Source: a virus
Taxonomy: Duplodnaviria > Caudoviricetes
Strand: one strand, 5' to 3'
DNA length: 45,226 bases
Virus record (IMG/VR): IMGVR_UViG_3300012953_000054
Coordinates: 1 to 45,226 of that record
How positions within the stretch are numbered: the first letter of the stretch is position 1; every line of letters begins with the position of its first letter. Positions 29,603-38,010 of the stretch are shown here, piece after piece. The notes beneath the pieces are model-generated. The model made no database searches. It saw nothing but the letters and a program-made list of their open reading frames with translations, and was not told the origin of the DNA. A program made the translations under genes and the position numbers.

Positions 29603-29656
29603 TATAGTCTCCTTTGTTAAGCGAGTTAATTAGGTACACCACATTGGTCGTACCGT
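29603..29656 (-). promoter_or_regulatory. ROSE-like RNA thermometer in the hsp20 5' UTR
   Basis: CUC-G-CUU-aaca-AAGGAG hairpin (UCGCU opposite the SD, bulged G) plus upstream hairpin GGUAC-g-ACCA-aug-UGGU-GUACC. Confidence 0.7.
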
Positions 29657-29660
29657 GTAC

Positions 29661-29689
29661 ATCCTACTACACTATAAAATAGTTGTCAA
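29661..29689 (-). promoter_or_regulatory. Sigma70-type promoter for hsp20
   Basis: TTGACA-17 nt-TAGGAT with an AT-rich upstream tract. Confidence 0.75.
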
Positions 29690-29697
29690 GAAAAAAA

Positions 29698-30276
29698 TTA
29701 AGTAAACTTTTCTCCTCTGAACCAACAGACCAAAGAAGATCGTTCACCTTCTTTTACCTTAGTTACTCTGTGAAACATGAAGGAGGGAAAGACAGCAATG
29801 CTACCTGTCTTCCTCATATCCTTTAGGGTAGAGAATTTTTTACTAGCTTGAGGATGTACCCAATCCTGTATCTGAAAGTCTCCTCCTTTAAAAGTATCTT
29901 CTAAAGTAACGCTAACCGATAACTTTCTTACAAAAGGATCAGAGGGTAATTCTACTCCTGTGTCCATATGCCAATCATAGAACTGTCCTTTACCATAGAA
30001 AGAAACTTGAGGAGTTTCAAAACAATTTACATTAAAGTTCCATCCTGCTTCTTTATTAGCTTTCTCTACGTACAACTGAAGGATGCTAGTCAGTTCAGGA
30101 TTTTCTAACCATGTTATTTTATTATTCCTAACCTCCTGCATCTTAATGTCATCACCTTCTTTAAATACTTTCGCCTCTTCTTTATTTAACTCTCTCCCTA
30201 TGTTCACTAATCCCTTACACAGTTCAGCAGGAAGTTCTTCTTTATAGCAGCAATAGGTATGCATTATACTCCACAA
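29698..30276 (-). CDS. 2OG-Fe(II) oxygenase (PKHD/prolyl 4-hydroxylase type)
   Basis: Y.WHMD, RKLS, GGDF, FPS..HRVT.V..G.R.SLV.W. Confidence 0.9.
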   Translation of the reverse strand: MWSIMHTYCCYKEELPAELCKGLVNIGRELNKEEAKVFKEGDDIKMQEVRNNKITWLENPELTSILQLYVEKANKEAGWNFNVNCFETPQVSFYGKGQFYDWHMDTGVELPSDPFVRKLSVSVTLEDTFKGGDFQIQDWVHPQASKKFSTLKDMRKTGSIAVFPSFMFHRVTKVKEGERSSLVCWFRGEKFT

Positions 30277-31949
30277 CTCCCACCATGCCCCGTGATATCA
30301 CAAATATCATGTGTCTCAAGACCTTCTTCAAACTCTTCACCTAACTTATCTACAGCTTCCTTATAAGGTACAGATGTTAGTGGCTGCCCACCACGACATG
30401 AATCAGGGTATACAGTAAAGCCACGTAAGCGATGTGCGTAAGAGGCAAGAGTATTAGTAAAGTCCATAACAGTATCTTCATTGTTCAGCTTACTTCCCCA
30501 TGATGGTAGATTAATAGTAGAGGAGATGGACATATCTACATAGTCTTGAACGTCAGCTTGAAACTTCATACGTCTTTTGTAATCCCCTGCAAGATCAAGG
30601 GCAGACTCAATGTTATCTGGCTTAGTATCATAAAGATCAATCAACTCCTGTGCTGCACTATCTACTACATACTGGTAGTGCCATCGTGTACCACCTTTTA
30701 AATACCTACGCTTATAGGATACAGCAAAGATTGGTTCTACTCCTGTGCTTGTACCTGCAAGAATACCAATACTTCCTGTAGGTGCAATAGCACGGTTAGC
30801 TACTGGTCTACTGATATCCATTTCATCAGCAGTCTTTTTAGAAGTATCATCAGTCACTCCTTTGTAAACTCCTAACCATTGGTGTAGTTCATCAGTAACT
30901 TCATACTTAGAACCTCGCTTAATCAACCACTCATGCATACCCATTAGACCTAGACCAAGCCTACGATTCTTCTCTCGTACTTTATAGACTTTATCATAAG
31001 GTAGCTTTGCTTTAAGCGTACCACACATAAGAAATTTAGTAGCTAAGTGAACAATATCTTTAAATTCTTTTATAGTATCTACTCTTCCAAGGTTGACTGA
31101 ACCTAAGTTACAAACATCTGAATCATCCTTCGAAGTAACTTCAGTACACGCATTACGTAGCGTTTCATTTTCTTTATCAAAGAAGTTAAACGAGAATCCC
31201 GGTTCGGCTGTACGTAAGGCTTGTCGAACATTCTGCTTAAAAGTAGACCCAACATCTCCTGTCTCCCAATAGTTAAGTAACCACTCTGTATCGTAGTTAA
31301 CACTAATGTTAGTCATATCTAACGGCGCAATAAAGTTAAAGTCTTGTTCCTTAACCTGACCAATATTAAATCCTGTATTACCTACTGGCATATCGTACCA
31401 GTTCTTACTTACAAGGAACTTACTTACATCTGCATGTTTCCAATTCATACTGGCATAGATAGCTGACCTACGACTACCACCCTGCATGACCCTTCGGCCA
31501 ATTTCGTTGATCATTAACATCTTAGGGATAGGACCAGAAGCAAGACCGCCCGTACCTGACAACACCCTACCTTCCTCACGATATACAGAATAATCTACAC
31601 CAATACCACCACCTGTCATCAGACATGACTCACTCTTCCATGACAGGTCTGCCCAATCTTCACGTGTATCTTCCTCTGCCTTCAGAAGATAACAGTTGTT
31701 AAAGAACTTGTTAGGTCTGCCCGCATAGTACAAGTACCTACCACCGGGAATAAATTTTAGATCAGTGATATATTCTTTAAGCTGATCTATCTCATCTTGT
31801 TTCAACTGAGGAGAACAAACATCTTCTACCAGTACAGATGCTAGGCTTGCCCATGTCTCACAACCATGATGAGCATACTTATGTTTGAAGATATCCTCAC
31901 TAAACTTGGAACGGAACATAGGGTTTTCATTAGATCGAAAGGTGGGCAT
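30264..31949 (-). CDS. nrdJ: Class II (adenosylcobalamin-dependent) ribonucleotide reductase
   Basis: PGGRYLY, NNC, QGGSRRSA, NACTE, CNLGS.NL, R.GLG.MG, APTGS, C-terminal Cys pair; no beta-subunit gene nearby. Confidence 0.9.
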   Translation of the reverse strand: MPTFRSNENPMFRSKFSEDIFKHKYAHHGCETWASLASVLVEDVCSPQLKQDEIDQLKEYITDLKFIPGGRYLYYAGRPNKFFNNCYLLKAEEDTREDWADLSWKSESCLMTGGGIGVDYSVYREEGRVLSGTGGLASGPIPKMLMINEIGRRVMQGGSRRSAIYASMNWKHADVSKFLVSKNWYDMPVGNTGFNIGQVKEQDFNFIAPLDMTNISVNYDTEWLLNYWETGDVGSTFKQNVRQALRTAEPGFSFNFFDKENETLRNACTEVTSKDDSDVCNLGSVNLGRVDTIKEFKDIVHLATKFLMCGTLKAKLPYDKVYKVREKNRRLGLGLMGMHEWLIKRGSKYEVTDELHQWLGVYKGVTDDTSKKTADEMDISRPVANRAIAPTGSIGILAGTSTGVEPIFAVSYKRRYLKGGTRWHYQYVVDSAAQELIDLYDTKPDNIESALDLAGDYKRRMKFQADVQDYVDMSISSTINLPSWGSKLNNEDTVMDFTNTLASYAHRLRGFTVYPDSCRGGQPLTSVPYKEAVDKLGEEFEEGLETHDICDITGHGGSCGV

Positions 31950-31952
31950 ATA

Positions 31953-32267
31953 CTAAACTCCTTTGTTAATATGATCATGTACATAAAGCATGATTATGGC
32001 ATAGTGAATAATCTTTAACAAGTCCTTCCTATTCTTACCTTCTTTGTTACCGTACCTCTTCCAGTATTTTAAGATGTTACCCATTACAAAACCTTCACCA
32101 TGTCCACTATCTAGTATTACATCAGTGGCTTGGTACTTACCTTTTGCATAGTGTTCCTTATATGTAGAGGTAACATACTCATGTACCTCATCTATATATT
32201 CTCCTTCATCAAATTTAAAATTAGGAAGTGCTGCATATAGTTGTGCAATCTCTGTATCTCTATCCAT
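31953..32267 (-). CDS. DUF3310-like protein
   Basis: HY...GF..GN..KY..R.G.K....DL.K..HY; AGGAG precedes the ATG at 32267. Confidence 0.7.
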   Translation of the reverse strand: MDRDTEIAQLYAALPNFKFDEGEYIDEVHEYVTSTYKEHYAKGKYQATDVILDSGHGEGFVMGNILKYWKRYGNKEGKNRKDLLKIIHYAIIMLYVHDHINKGV

Positions 32268-32277
32268 CTTTTTACTC

Positions 32278-32619
32278 CTAGTCAAATGTGAGGACGGCAT
32301 TAATTCTTTTCCTTACGTAGTTAATTTCTTTAGACTTAATTACCTTGTAAGCAAAGGTACGAACATAGTCAGGATCAACTCCTGCTATATCACATACAGT
32401 ATAGAAATCTTCAGCGGTCACACCTACAGATGCAAAGAACCAAGCCTTTGCATTGTTTCTTGAGACGATAGACTCATGTGATTCTTTATTATGTTCAGGC
32501 TTAGTAGCATCTAACATAGCCTGTAATAGGACACTAAGAAACAGTAGTTGTTGTGGCGGTGCCTTTTGATTTTCTACTAGCTTTTCTAACTCTACCAGAA
32601 GGTTTTCTTTTTTTATCAT
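32278..32619 (-). CDS. Conserved phage hypothetical protein
   Basis: LF..V..QA..DA, A.AWF, DF..VC..AG.DP. Confidence 0.7.
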   Translation of the reverse strand: MIKKENLLVELEKLVENQKAPPQQLLFLSVLLQAMLDATKPEHNKESHESIVSRNNAKAWFFASVGVTAEDFYTVCDIAGVDPDYVRTFAYKVIKSKEINYVRKRINAVLTFD

Positions 32620-32983
32620 CTAACCAACTGTCAGGTAAACCATCTGATAACTTACAATATTTAAAGCCATGCTTGTTACACCAATCTGCATAAGTTGTTT
32701 TACTCCTTTTGTATAGCTTGCTTGCTGGTCTATCAAATACAAACCGTACATCAAGATCAGGATTAGATTCTCTTAAAAACAAATGTTTCTTTCTATCTTC
32801 TAAAGTGAACCTACCTTTAACTTCTAAGATTATACCTGACGGTAGGATAAAGTCCGGTAAGTATCTTTTAGATTCAATCCACATATAAGGAATGTAGTAC
32901 GGTTCAAACTCATACTTAACCTTCACGCTTCTTAGATATTCTGCTGTAGTTCTTTCGCTACCTGATCTATATTTCTCAGGCAT
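32534..32983 (-). CDS. T7 gp3-like endonuclease I (Holliday junction resolvase)
   Basis: YRSG.E, Y.PDF, EVKGRF, DR.KH, TY..WC.K.GF. Confidence 0.9.
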   Translation of the reverse strand: MPEKYRSGSERTTAEYLRSVKVKYEFEPYYIPYMWIESKRYLPDFILPSGIILEVKGRFTLEDRKKHLFLRESNPDLDVRFVFDRPASKLYKRSKTTYADWCNKHGFKYCKLSDGLPDSWLDDKKRKPSGRVRKASRKSKGTATTTTVS

Positions 32984-33836
32984 ATAGTTCTTCTACATCA
33001 GGTGTGCGTTCTACTTGTGTTAAGAACTTTGAACCGTTTGAGTATTTAAACTCCCGTAACCCTGCACCACCGTTAGCATCAGACCAGCAGTCACGCTTAT
33101 ACTCACAAAAATTACAGCCAACAGAAAGACGGCGATTGCCAGACTTACCGTCAGGAATATCATCATAACACCTATCAGGTAGGATAGGAGACTTGACCAT
33201 CTTCTTGAGGTGGTTGATTCTTTCCTCTGCATTTATCATCTCCATATGATGGACAGGACAGTAGGCTATCTCTCCACTAGATTTATCTATAACAATAAAC
33301 CCTGCTTCTTTTACATTGTTAGCGTGAGCGTAAGCAGATAGTTGTGCAATGTAACCAAAAGGATCGTCTGTAAATATAGCACCTTCCTTAAACTTTTTAA
33401 ATGAGAAACTTGAAGCACTCTTAAAATCTACCAAGACATCATCTACTTTAGCATCTTGATGACCTACAATACCGTCAATCTTTAATTCTTTTTGTTGATC
33501 TGTAACTGGGTGTCCTGCTGCCTTACACAAGAAGACGAGAAGACTCTCAAGGATATTACCGTACAAGAATTTTATATAGTCATTTCCTTTCAAGCCTTCT
33601 CCATCTTCCTTGTCCTCCTTATTTAAGTTGTACCAAATCTTTCTATCTGGTTGACCAATAAGAGATAGCCTTAAAGTTTTCTTTTTCTTACGGCTTTCAG
33701 TAAGAGCAAAGGAGACAGAACGAGTAATCTCTTCTGCTAATACAGTTAGATCATCTTCAGATACATTCACTTTTTCTTCTGAAGTGAAGAGTGAATATAT
33801 ATCTTCTACCAATGTATCTATTTTTTTATTACTCAT
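32976..33836 (-). CDS. PD-(D/E)XK exonuclease (Cas4/RecB-like)
   Basis: LR.S.IG, GH.D...D.KS.S, Y..Q...Y, C.FC..K..C. Confidence 0.8.
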   Translation of the reverse strand: MSNKKIDTLVEDIYSLFTSEEKVNVSEDDLTVLAEEITRSVSFALTESRKKKKTLRLSLIGQPDRKIWYNLNKEDKEDGEGLKGNDYIKFLYGNILESLLVFLCKAAGHPVTDQQKELKIDGIVGHQDAKVDDVLVDFKSASSFSFKKFKEGAIFTDDPFGYIAQLSAYAHANNVKEAGFIVIDKSSGEIAYCPVHHMEMINAEERINHLKKMVKSPILPDRCYDDIPDGKSGNRRLSVGCNFCEYKRDCWSDANGGAGLREFKYSNGSKFLTQVERTPDVEELYA

Positions 33837-33849
33837 TCTGTCTAATCCT

Positions 33850-34050
33850 TTAAACTTCGTTCAAACGATAACGTGTATAGTTTTCACCTTCCGGTGTCTT
33901 AGCCGTGACTGTATCAATCTCATAACCACGTTTACGGAGAGACGCAATAGATGCTGTAAGATTCTCTGCCCACCCACGTTGGATGGCAGTCTTACGAGTA
34001 ACACGCATACGCTTCTGCAAAGCGCGAAGAACTTTTTGATCAGTAGTCAT
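33850..34050 (-). CDS. Small winged-HTH DNA-binding protein
   Basis: L...I..LR..GY.I.T...Y.L. Confidence 0.7.
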   Translation of the reverse strand: MTTDQKVLRALQKRMRVTRKTAIQRGWAENLTASIASLRKRGYEIDTVTAKTPEGENYTRYRLNEV

Positions 34051-35087
34051 TAACTTGATTTCCTTTCTAGTTGATACTCAAACATTTCATCAATCAAATC
34101 ATGGAAAGAATATTCTCTCTCCCATCCTAGTTCTATCTCTGCCTTAGTAGGATCACCCAACAATAGATCAACCTCTGTTGGACGATAAAACTCAGGACTA
34201 CAATTAACTAGAATACCTTTATACTCTGAGTTTTCTTTAATGTCAAACCCTATTTCATTAACTCCTTCCTCTTCCCACTGTAGTTGTACACCAAGATATT
34301 TATTAAATCCATACTCAATTAATTCTTTTATAGAATGTGCTTTACCCGTAGCAAGAATATAATCGTCAGGTTTATCTTGTTGCATCATCAACCACATGCC
34401 TTCTACATAATCAGCAGCATGTCCCCAATCACGTTTAGCATTGAGATTGCCTACTGTAAGATATTCTTTCTTACCATACATGATATCTATAATACCCTTA
34501 ACGATCTTCTGTGTAACAAAATTGTCTCCCCTCATTGGAGACTCATGGTTAAATAGAATACCGTTGCATCCATACAATCCATAAGCTTCGCGGTAATTTT
34601 TTACCATCCAATAGCTGTACTGTTTAGCTATACCATAAGGACTGCGAGGGTAGAAGGGGGTAGTCTCTGTCTGTGGTACTTCTTGTACCTTACCATATAG
34701 TTCTGATGTAGATGCTTGATAGAACTTACAGGTATCAATCATACCTAAAGTTCTAATACACTCAAGCAAACGGGTAGTACCTAGTCCATCTACATCTCCT
34801 GTGTACTCTGGTATATCAAATGATATTCTTACATCAGACTGTGCACCTAAGTTATAGATTTCTGTAGGCTGTACTTCTTTAATTACCCTAAGTAATCCTG
34901 AAGCGTCAGTCAAATCTCCATAAGATGTATGGAAATTTACTTTACTTTCTAGTTGATCTATTCTTTCAAAGTTATTTACTGACGATCTACGAACAAGAGA
35001 ATGAACGTGATAGTCTTGCTCTAAAAGAAATTGACTGAGATAAAAACCATCTTGGCCTGAACCTCCAATAATTAAAGCTTTATTCAT
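34050..35087 (-). CDS. gmd: GDP-mannose 4,6-dehydratase
   Basis: GGSGQDG.YL, YNLGAQS.V..SF, QASTSELYG, PRSPYGIAK, LFNHESP, RDWGHA, RPTEVD.L.GD. Confidence 0.97.
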   Translation of the reverse strand: MNKALIIGGSGQDGFYLSQFLLEQDYHVHSLVRRSSVNNFERIDQLESKVNFHTSYGDLTDASGLLRVIKEVQPTEIYNLGAQSDVRISFDIPEYTGDVDGLGTTRLLECIRTLGMIDTCKFYQASTSELYGKVQEVPQTETTPFYPRSPYGIAKQYSYWMVKNYREAYGLYGCNGILFNHESPMRGDNFVTQKIVKGIIDIMYGKKEYLTVGNLNAKRDWGHAADYVEGMWLMMQQDKPDDYILATGKAHSIKELIEYGFNKYLGVQLQWEEEGVNEIGFDIKENSEYKGILVNCSPEFYRPTEVDLLLGDPTKAEIELGWEREYSFHDLIDEMFEYQLERKSS

Positions 35088-35103
35088 TTGTATTCCTATT
35101 GTG

Positions 35104-35190
35104 AATTAACAAAATAACAGTCCCTCTCCACACCTGTTATAAATTCTACCCATAGTCTCATTAACGATAGGCTTTAATGAGAATAGTAGA
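35104..35190 (-). other. Two intergenic hairpins after ssb (processing site and/or terminator)
   Basis: TCTCATTAA/TTAATGAGA stem extended by TCTAC/GTAGA (35145-35190); ATAACAG/CTGTTAT stem (35114-35140) followed by TTTGTT. Confidence 0.55.
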
Positions 35191-35205
35191 CCCTAGTGAA
35201 ACTAC

Positions 35206-35676
35206 TTAGAACGGTACATCTTCTCCTTCTTCTTGTTGTGCACCTACAGTATAGCCACCATCAACGGTATCAAAGTTTGACCCGTCACCTCCAAAGGGTA
35301 CTAGATCAACTACCTGTACTCCCATCAAGTCTGATGCTACCCCACTCTTACCAGCATAGGTCCAATCATAAGTAGTAAACTTAACATTAACCAGACTACC
35401 ATTGCCTACAAGATTACCATCCCAAGTATTGTTTTGGGAATCTTTAATTACAGGTGATGGACGAACTGAACCGTCTTTCTTATTGACCTTGCGTTTGATC
35501 TTAACAAAGTCTCCACGGTCATCACCTTTATTCTGCACCGCAAGACCCAAGCTTTCAACTTTCTTCTTAGAGTCTTCATCCAAGCATACATCCACAGACC
35601 AAACAGGTTCATAGGTAGTGTTAGGTGCCGTGATGCTTGCCCAGTATGCTTTACCAGAAATAATATTTACGTCCAT
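35206..35676 (-). CDS. ssb: ssDNA-binding protein (T7 gp2.5-like)
   Basis: G.A.WA, VGNGS.V.V, L.GVQV..LV, acidic tail ending DVPF. Confidence 0.85.
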   Translation of the reverse strand: MDVNIISGKAYWASITAPNTTYEPVWSVDVCLDEDSKKKVESLGLAVQNKGDDRGDFVKIKRKVNKKDGSVRPSPVIKDSQNNTWDGNLVGNGSLVNVKFTTYDWTYAGKSGVASDLMGVQVVDLVPFGGDGSNFDTVDGGYTVGAQQEEGEDVPF

Positions 35677-35731
35677 AGTATATTCTCCTTTGGTTGTGCC
35701 ACTCTGTTGTGGCTTGATAATTTATTTTCGT

Positions 35732-35760
35732 ACTTTAAACTAACACCAATCAGGTGTCAA
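35732..35760 (-). promoter_or_regulatory. Sigma70-type promoter for ssb
   Basis: TTGACA-17 nt-TAAAGT; leader hairpin GCCAC/GTGGC (35698-35713); AAGGAG RBS. Confidence 0.7.
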
Positions 35761-36343
35761 CAACTTTCTTTAATTTTTTTTCTCTATATTTTAAACGCTC
35801 TACTGCCTCCGCATAGTTATACAATTCATCTTGTGTAGCTACGTAAGCTGCTCGTCTTAGCTTACCACCTGCTCTACCAAATCTTTCTTCTTTAGCTAAC
35901 TCATCGGCAAGCATGAATCCTTTAAGTTGAAACGTATCATCTCCTTTCTTAACCATTAAAGCAAATAACTCTATTCCAGATGTATGCTTTGATGTAGACA
36001 ATAACATACCCTTCTCATGGGTAGTAGCTTTCACATCAATACTAATACCATCTACTGTAAGATCACCAGCGTCAGTGCCTTTAGCTTTTGACTTAGGTTC
36101 TAAGACTAAGAAATCTTTAGGATAGATATCACACATCTTAGCAAACGCTAACTCTGCTTCTGCTCCTAGAGTATCTATCTTGTGTGTGTCAGCTACAGCA
36201 GCGTCATATATTCCTGCTCCCCTGTTCTGTCTGTTACGAGACTTACCTATAAAATCGCTTACTCTTAATTCTGTAAGGTTAAGAGTTACTAGTGAGTCTC
36301 TGACCAGTTGTGGCCGATCTTGTACTCGCTGTCCAATGGGCAT
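35750..36343 (-). CDS. Putative PD-(D/E)XK nuclease-like protein
   Basis: G..AE.AFA, D.GD......IDVK; start uncertain (55-nt overlap with polA). Confidence 0.6.
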   Translation of the reverse strand: MPIGQRVQDRPQLVRDSLVTLNLTELRVSDFIGKSRNRQNRGAGIYDAAVADTHKIDTLGAEAELAFAKMCDIYPKDFLVLEPKSKAKGTDAGDLTVDGISIDVKATTHEKGMLLSTSKHTSGIELFALMVKKGDDTFQLKGFMLADELAKEERFGRAGGKLRRAAYVATQDELYNYAEAVERLKYREKKLKKVVDT

Positions 36344-38010
36344 TTGATTTTTAATTTCCTTTCTGTTTCTTTCATAGCCTGTTTAGTTAACTCTCCAAAT
36401 ATTTTAGCATGAGGTTTAAATACTTCATGCTGATACTCATCGTGAATAGAAGCAATTAGTTTAGAATTAAGTTTCTTGTTACGAGATAGTATATCTATAT
36501 CTACTAACCACTGCTTACAAATAACAGCACCTGCTCCTTGTATGAGTAAGTTAACTGCTGCATGTTGGTTACGTACTTTTAAATGTCTGCCATCAAGACC
36601 AATAAGATAACCTCTCTGACTTGCCTTGTCAACTCTTTCTCTTAGTATCGCTAATGCTGGTACGTTAGATAAGAATCTATCTATCAGACGTTGACCATCC
36701 TGTGCCGTGCCGCCTACTACACTACCTATCTTAGCTGCACCTGCTCCAAAAATAAATGCATAGATGAATGTCTTGGCTTGATCACGTGTATCAAGACCTG
36801 CTGCCTTTTGATTTGCTGTATGGATGTCACCATCGACTACTTCACTGGTGAACTTAGGATCATTTAGATAGTGTGCTAATGCCCGTAACTCAAGCGAAGA
36901 AGCATCACAACCAACAAGAATATTAGTTGTATCTCCAACGGTCCAACACTCTCTGCACTCTTTGCCGTAGGGAGAGTAGCTTGCAGGAACCTGTGCCATG
37001 TTAGGTGAATGGTGTGCCATACGTCCAGAGATTGCACGTAATGTAAGAACTTGTCCATGAACTTTCCCATCAGAATGAACCGCCGCTATCCAAGATTGAA
37101 CTTGGGCAATACGTTTCTTTAGTGTTAGATATTCTGCAATCATCTGTGCCTCTGGAATGTCTACTCCACGAAGCACAGATTCATCTACGATTGCATGTCC
37201 TTTTTCTGTAAACTTATTAGGTTGCCAACCACACTTAGTTAATCGACTAACGATCTGCTGACGGGAGGCAAGATTAAATGTTTGGTAATCAATAGATGTG
37301 TGCGGTCCTCCAACTGTTGTCGGGTCTTGTATATGCCGCAGACCCACAACAGAAAGACTACCATCCTTTTTGTAACGAGGTGTAATTTCTTTAACTGCCA
37401 CAGGAATAGAAACAAATCTTGTTTGAACTTCTCTTTGTAGTTCATCTGACTTGTCCTGCAGCCGTGCGATAAGACTAGTTGCTTTCTGTAAATCAAGGGT
37501 AAACCCATTCCTTTCTTGCTTACTGACTAACGATCTAATCTTATATTCAAGATCAATAGATCGTCTACCAATATCTTTTATGTCTTGTTGTAAGTTAATC
37601 CACACCCGTTCAGTTATGTCCACATCTCTTTTACAATATGTGATCATCTCATCGGACAGGTGATCGAAGTCTTTAAAGTTTATCTTATGATAATCAAATC
37701 TGTTACCCCATGACTGAAGAGAATGTCCATCTTCACGTATCGGATCAGTCAACTGGGATAAGATCAAAGTGTCTTCTACGTGTGACAGTTTTATCTTTGT
37801 CCCAGTTAATCTGTTCAGTACTGGAGCATCAAACGATATTCCATTATGCATTATAAACTTGTTTACTCTCTTAGCAAATAGAGGAAAGTAATTATAACAT
37901 TCTTTTTCTTTCCAAACATGGTACTTTCCTGACTCTCTTTCCTTTGCCACAATGCAATGGATAACTGTAGCATCTAAGCTATCAGTTTCTATGTCCAGAA
38001 CTACATCCAT
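36289..38010 (-). CDS. polA: Family A DNA polymerase with 3'-5' exonuclease (T7-like)
   Basis: DIETD, HNG..FD, YC..DV; motif A DASSLELR, motif B R..AKTFIY, motif C HDE. Confidence 0.97.
   Translation of the reverse strand: MDVVLDIETDSLDATVIHCIVAKERESGKYHVWKEKECYNYFPLFAKRVNKFIMHNGISFDAPVLNRLTGTKIKLSHVEDTLILSQLTDPIREDGHSLQSWGNRFDYHKINFKDFDHLSDEMITYCKRDVDITERVWINLQQDIKDIGRRSIDLEYKIRSLVSKQERNGFTLDLQKATSLIARLQDKSDELQREVQTRFVSIPVAVKEITPRYKKDGSLSVVGLRHIQDPTTVGGPHTSIDYQTFNLASRQQIVSRLTKCGWQPNKFTEKGHAIVDESVLRGVDIPEAQMIAEYLTLKKRIAQVQSWIAAVHSDGKVHGQVLTLRAISGRMAHHSPNMAQVPASYSPYGKECRECWTVGDTTNILVGCDASSLELRALAHYLNDPKFTSEVVDGDIHTANQKAAGLDTRDQAKTFIYAFIFGAGAAKIGSVVGGTAQDGQRLIDRFLSNVPALAILRERVDKASQRGYLIGLDGRHLKVRNQHAAVNLLIQGAGAVICKQWLVDIDILSRNKKLNSKLIASIHDEYQHEVFKPHAKIFGELTKQAMKETERKLKIKCPLDSEYKIGHNWSETH

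Noticed and set aside
29698-30276. TET/JBP DNA-hypermodification dioxygenase
   Set aside because: Motifs are PKHD/P4H type and no C5 DNA methyltransferase is seen in the window
32976-33836. Cas4-like nuclease as part of a CRISPR system
   Set aside because: No array or other cas genes; standard replication-module exonuclease
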